Origin: Eubacteriales bacterium
Lineage (GTDB): Bacteria > Bacillota > Clostridia > Saccharofermentanales > UBA5734
Reading direction: 5' to 3'
Assembly: GCA_028708525.1 (NCBI GenBank)
Contig: JAQVYV010000001.1
Span: forward strand, 1 to 48,810
Length of the DNA: 48,810 nucleotides
Positions 46,518 through 48,810 of the stretch are shown one piece after another (within the stretch, counting starts at the first letter, position 1; the number at the start of each line of letters is the position of its first letter). Under the pieces are notes generated by a model, which was not told where the DNA came from, did not search any database, and worked only from the letters and a program-made list of their open reading frames with translations. Both the position numbers and the translations under genes were made by a program.

Positions 46518-47501
46518 ATGGATAGCAGACAGAAAGTCGTGAAGAATATAGGAGTGCTGACAAGTGGTGGTGACGCACCGGGTATGAATGCTGCTATACG
46601 TGCAGTTGTCAGGGCAGGAAGTTATTATGGATTCAGAATATTCGGTATAAGAAGAGGTTTTCACGGCTTCCTGAAAGGTGAAATTGCTGAACTGAATAAC
46701 CGTGATGTATCAGAGAAACTTCAGCGCGGAGGGACTTTTCTTCAAACTGCACGCAGTGAGTCTTTCAATACAGAAGAAGGAGTTCGGAAAGCTGTGCAGA
46801 TGGCTAAGACTTTTGAACTTGATGCTGTAATCGTCATTGGAGGTGATGGGTCATTCAGAGGTGCGCGTGATCTTTCAAGACTAGGTCTTCCGGTCATAGG
46901 TATACCGGGAACAATTGATAATGACATACAATGCTCAGGCTATACCATTGGTTATGACACGGCTATGAACACTGCTATGGAAGCCATAGATAAACTCCGG
47001 GATACAGCATCATCTCATGAAAGATGCAGCATAATCGAGGTAATGGGCCGTCATGCCGGTTATATAGCACTCAATGTTGCTATTTCCTGCGGTGCTGAAG
47101 TCGTTCTTATACCTGAAATACCGTTCAATATCGATAAGGATCTTATTAAACCATTGTTTGAAGCTAAGAATCGCGGAAAGAAGCACTATATAGTTATAGT
47201 TGCCGAAGGCGTAGGCGACACTATGAAACTTGCTGAATTGATACAGGAAAGGACCGGTATCGATTCAAGAGCTACGATACTTGGTCATCTTCAACGTGGA
47301 GGAAGTCCTTCAACAAGAGATCGCCAGATGGCAAGCTATATGGCGATACATGCAATTGAATGTCTGAGAGACGGAAGATTGAACAGGATAGTCGCATATA
47401 AGGGCGGTAAAGTGCTTGACCTGGACATTGAAGAAGCACTGACTGCTACTAAGACTATAACCAGAGAAGAACTCGACAGAGCAATGATACTGTCTCTGTA
47501 A
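46518..47501 (+). CDS. pfkA: ATP-dependent 6-phosphofructokinase
   Basis: IGVLTSGGDAPGMNAAIR, IGGDGS, GIPGTIDND, EVMGR, and GHLQRGG. ATG 46518 follows GGGAGGTG. Confidence 0.95.
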   Translation: MDSRQKVVKNIGVLTSGGDAPGMNAAIRAVVRAGSYYGFRIFGIRRGFHGFLKGEIAELNNRDVSEKLQRGGTFLQTARSESFNTEEGVRKAVQMAKTFELDAVIVIGGDGSFRGARDLSRLGLPVIGIPGTIDNDIQCSGYTIGYDTAMNTAMEAIDKLRDTASSHERCSIIEVMGRHAGYIALNVAISCGAEVVLIPEIPFNIDKDLIKPLFEAKNRGKKHYIVIVAEGVGDTMKLAELIQERTGIDSRATILGHLQRGGSPSTRDRQMASYMAIHAIECLRDGRLNRIVAYKGGKVLDLDIEEALTATKTITREELDRAMILSL

Positions 47502-47517
47502 CTATTTGAGGATGATC

Positions 47518-48165
47518 ATGAAGATAGGCCTTCCTAACATTATTACATCTGTTCGTTTTGCTGCAATTCCTGTAATGGCCTATTTTATTTATGCAAGTGC
47601 GATGATCGACAGTAAGTATAATGTAATAGCTTTTGTCTTGTTTGTGCTTATATGGGCTACCGATGTTCTTGACGGATTTATCGCACGTAAATATGACCAG
47701 GTTACGAATTTCGGAAAGCTTTTCGATCCTTTTGTTGATAAATTGTTTCAATTCGTTACCGCTTTGATGATGATGATAGTCGGCCGTTTGCCTCTTTGGG
47801 TGCCTTGTGTGATTTTCGTTAAAGAATTGCTAATGCTTATCGGGGGAACTTTGCTTTTGACGAAGTACAAGCTTGTTGTATATTCAAAGTGGTACGGTAA
47901 AGCTGCGACTGTTCTTTTTGTCTTTGCATTTTGTATTCTTTTCTTCATACCGCAGGATTCAACACACCTTACCGGTTATCTTTTCATTTTACCTTTGTTA
48001 ATGTCTCTTATCGCATATGGGAAATATTTCGCAGATAATGTCGTTCCTGTTGTATTCAGAAAAAGTGCAGGTAAACCGGCGGACCCGGCCAAAGTCTCAG
48101 GAGTTGAGATAGTTAGGAAGAAGAGAACAGGTGACGGACTCAGCAAGAAATCTGAAAATACTTGA
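47518..48165 (+). CDS. pgsA: CDP-alcohol phosphatidyltransferase (PgsA-like) with a basic C-terminal tail
   Basis: Motif DVLDGFIARKYDQVTNFGKLFDPFVDK matches D-x2-DG-x2-AR-x8-G-x3-D-x3-D. About 5 TMs. The last ~35 aa are a Lys/Arg-rich soluble tail. Confidence 0.85.
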   Translation: MKIGLPNIITSVRFAAIPVMAYFIYASAMIDSKYNVIAFVLFVLIWATDVLDGFIARKYDQVTNFGKLFDPFVDKLFQFVTALMMMIVGRLPLWVPCVIFVKELLMLIGGTLLLTKYKLVVYSKWYGKAATVLFVFAFCILFFIPQDSTHLTGYLFILPLLMSLIAYGKYFADNVVPVVFRKSAGKPADPAKVSGVEIVRKKRTGDGLSKKSENT

Positions 48166-48810
48166 GTTTGATAAAATAGCAGAGAAGTTGTCTTCGCTGG
48201 CACATACTGCACCCGGCAGGCAGATGTGTCTGTCGTTGGAACCTTCATCCTCTGAATCTGTTGTTAAAGCACGGCTGAATGAGACCGACGATGCACTTAA
48301 AGTTATTTTGTCAAGATCTGAACCTCCTCTTTCAGGATTTGATGATATATCCGCGGCTGTTATAAGAAGCAGGTCAGGAGCTTTACTTTCATGTGGAGAA
48401 CTTCTGCAGATTGGGCGATTTCTGCGCGCGGTGTCAAGACTGATAGGGTTTTTGCCGGAAAATGATTTTAATCATCAAAATGATGAAAATATTATTTATT
48501 TGTCGATTAGAGAGTTGATCCCGTTTACGCGTATCGAGAAAAGGATCAGCGAGGCAATAGCAGGCGAAGATGAACTTTATGATACCGCATCACAGGAACT
48601 GGCTGTTATAAGACGTAAGATCCGTGAAGCACAGAGCGAAGTAAGGGCTCAGCTTGACAGGATCCTCAGAAGTTTCAAGGAGTCGTTGCAGGATCAGATC
48701 GTAACGATGAGAGGGAACAGGTATGTGATCCCTGTAAGGGCCGATCGAAGAGGTGGTATAAAGGGAATAGTACATGACACATCATCATCCGGTGCGACGC
48801 TCTTCATTGA
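48131..48810 (+). CDS. mutS2: endonuclease MutS2, N-terminal fragment (continues past right edge)
   Basis: Absent from the ORF track because it is open at the window edge. Hand translation from GTG 48131 gives (M)TDSARNLKILEFDKIAEKLSSLAHTAPGRQM...MRGNRYVIPVRADRRGGIKGIVHDTSSSGATLFI. This is colinear with B. subtilis MutS2 (LEFHKV..., RNDRFVIPVK..., GIVHDTSSSGATLFIEP). An in-frame stop at 48110-12 bounds the start. Confidence 0.85.
   Translation, partial: MTDSARNLKILEFDKIAEKLSSLAHTAPGRQMCLSLEPSSSESVVKARLNETDDALKVILSRSEPPLSGFDDISAAVIRSRSGALLSCGELLQIGRFLRAVSRLIGFLPENDFNHQNDENIIYLSIRELIPFTRIEKRISEAIAGEDELYDTASQELAVIRRKIREAQSEVRAQLDRILRSFKESLQDQIVTMRGNRYVIPVRADRRGGIKGIVHDTSSSGATLFI

Noticed and set aside
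1-48810. Scan for CRISPR arrays, IS elements or transposases, integrases, prophage genes, toxin-antitoxin pairs, and tRNA or rRNA genes.
   Set aside because: No spaced direct repeats, no terminal inverted repeats flanking genes, no recombinase-like ORFs and no cloverleaf-like sequences were seen. The only tandem repeats are the in-frame coding repeats at 30318-30497. This was a by-eye search, so small elements could be missed.

Overview
This 48.8-kb window reads as core chromosome of a low-GC Firmicute, probably Clostridia. The evidence for that placement is about 41% GC, a Prp-processed L27, DUF4364/DUF4080 genes and a ydaO-type riboswitch. Coding density is about 90%, with roughly 47 protein genes and many translationally coupled junctions. 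I found no tRNA, rRNA, CRISPR array, transposase, integrase or phage gene by eye.

Housekeeping blocks:
- ylxM-ffh-rpsP-KH-rimM-trmD
- rplU-prp-rpmA-obg-yhbY
- argG, htpG, xth, pgi, ilvE, uvrB, pgcA, dnaE, pfkA, pgsA
- truncated genes at both edges that the ORF track omits: a CopA-like P-type ATPase on the left and MutS2 on the right

Most interesting observations:
1. A nine-gene, tightly coupled envelope operon spans 1742-10604. Its distal half is a Dlt-like module: adenylating ligase, 75-aa carrier protein, MBOAT, SGNH/DltD-like protein and a lipoprotein. It is fused to a PLP-independent Asp/Glu-family racemase rather than relying on alanine racemase. The ligase pocket does not look D-Ala specific and has Lys at the GrsA-239 position. 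This is my best candidate for an undescribed D-aminoacylation system.
2. A ydaO-type c-di-AMP riboswitch with its own terminator lies directly upstream of a KamA-family radical SAM enzyme. That enzyme carries the Lys293/Asn330 signature of glutamate 2,3-aminomutase, not lysine 2,3-aminomutase. This suggests c-di-AMP control of beta-glutamate (compatible solute) synthesis.
3. An SbcD/SbcC-like pair (YhaO/YhaN type) is coupled to an ABC exporter. The SMC-like ATPase has a two-helix transmembrane hairpin at the coiled-coil apex where a zinc hook would normally sit.

Smaller items:
- an unlisted 52-aa rubredoxin
- a repeat-bearing surface glycoside hydrolase sitting where rplS normally follows trmD
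- a eukaryote-like charged linker in HtpG
- an ARG box upstream of argG

All functional calls come from motif recognition and hand alignment. No database search was run.
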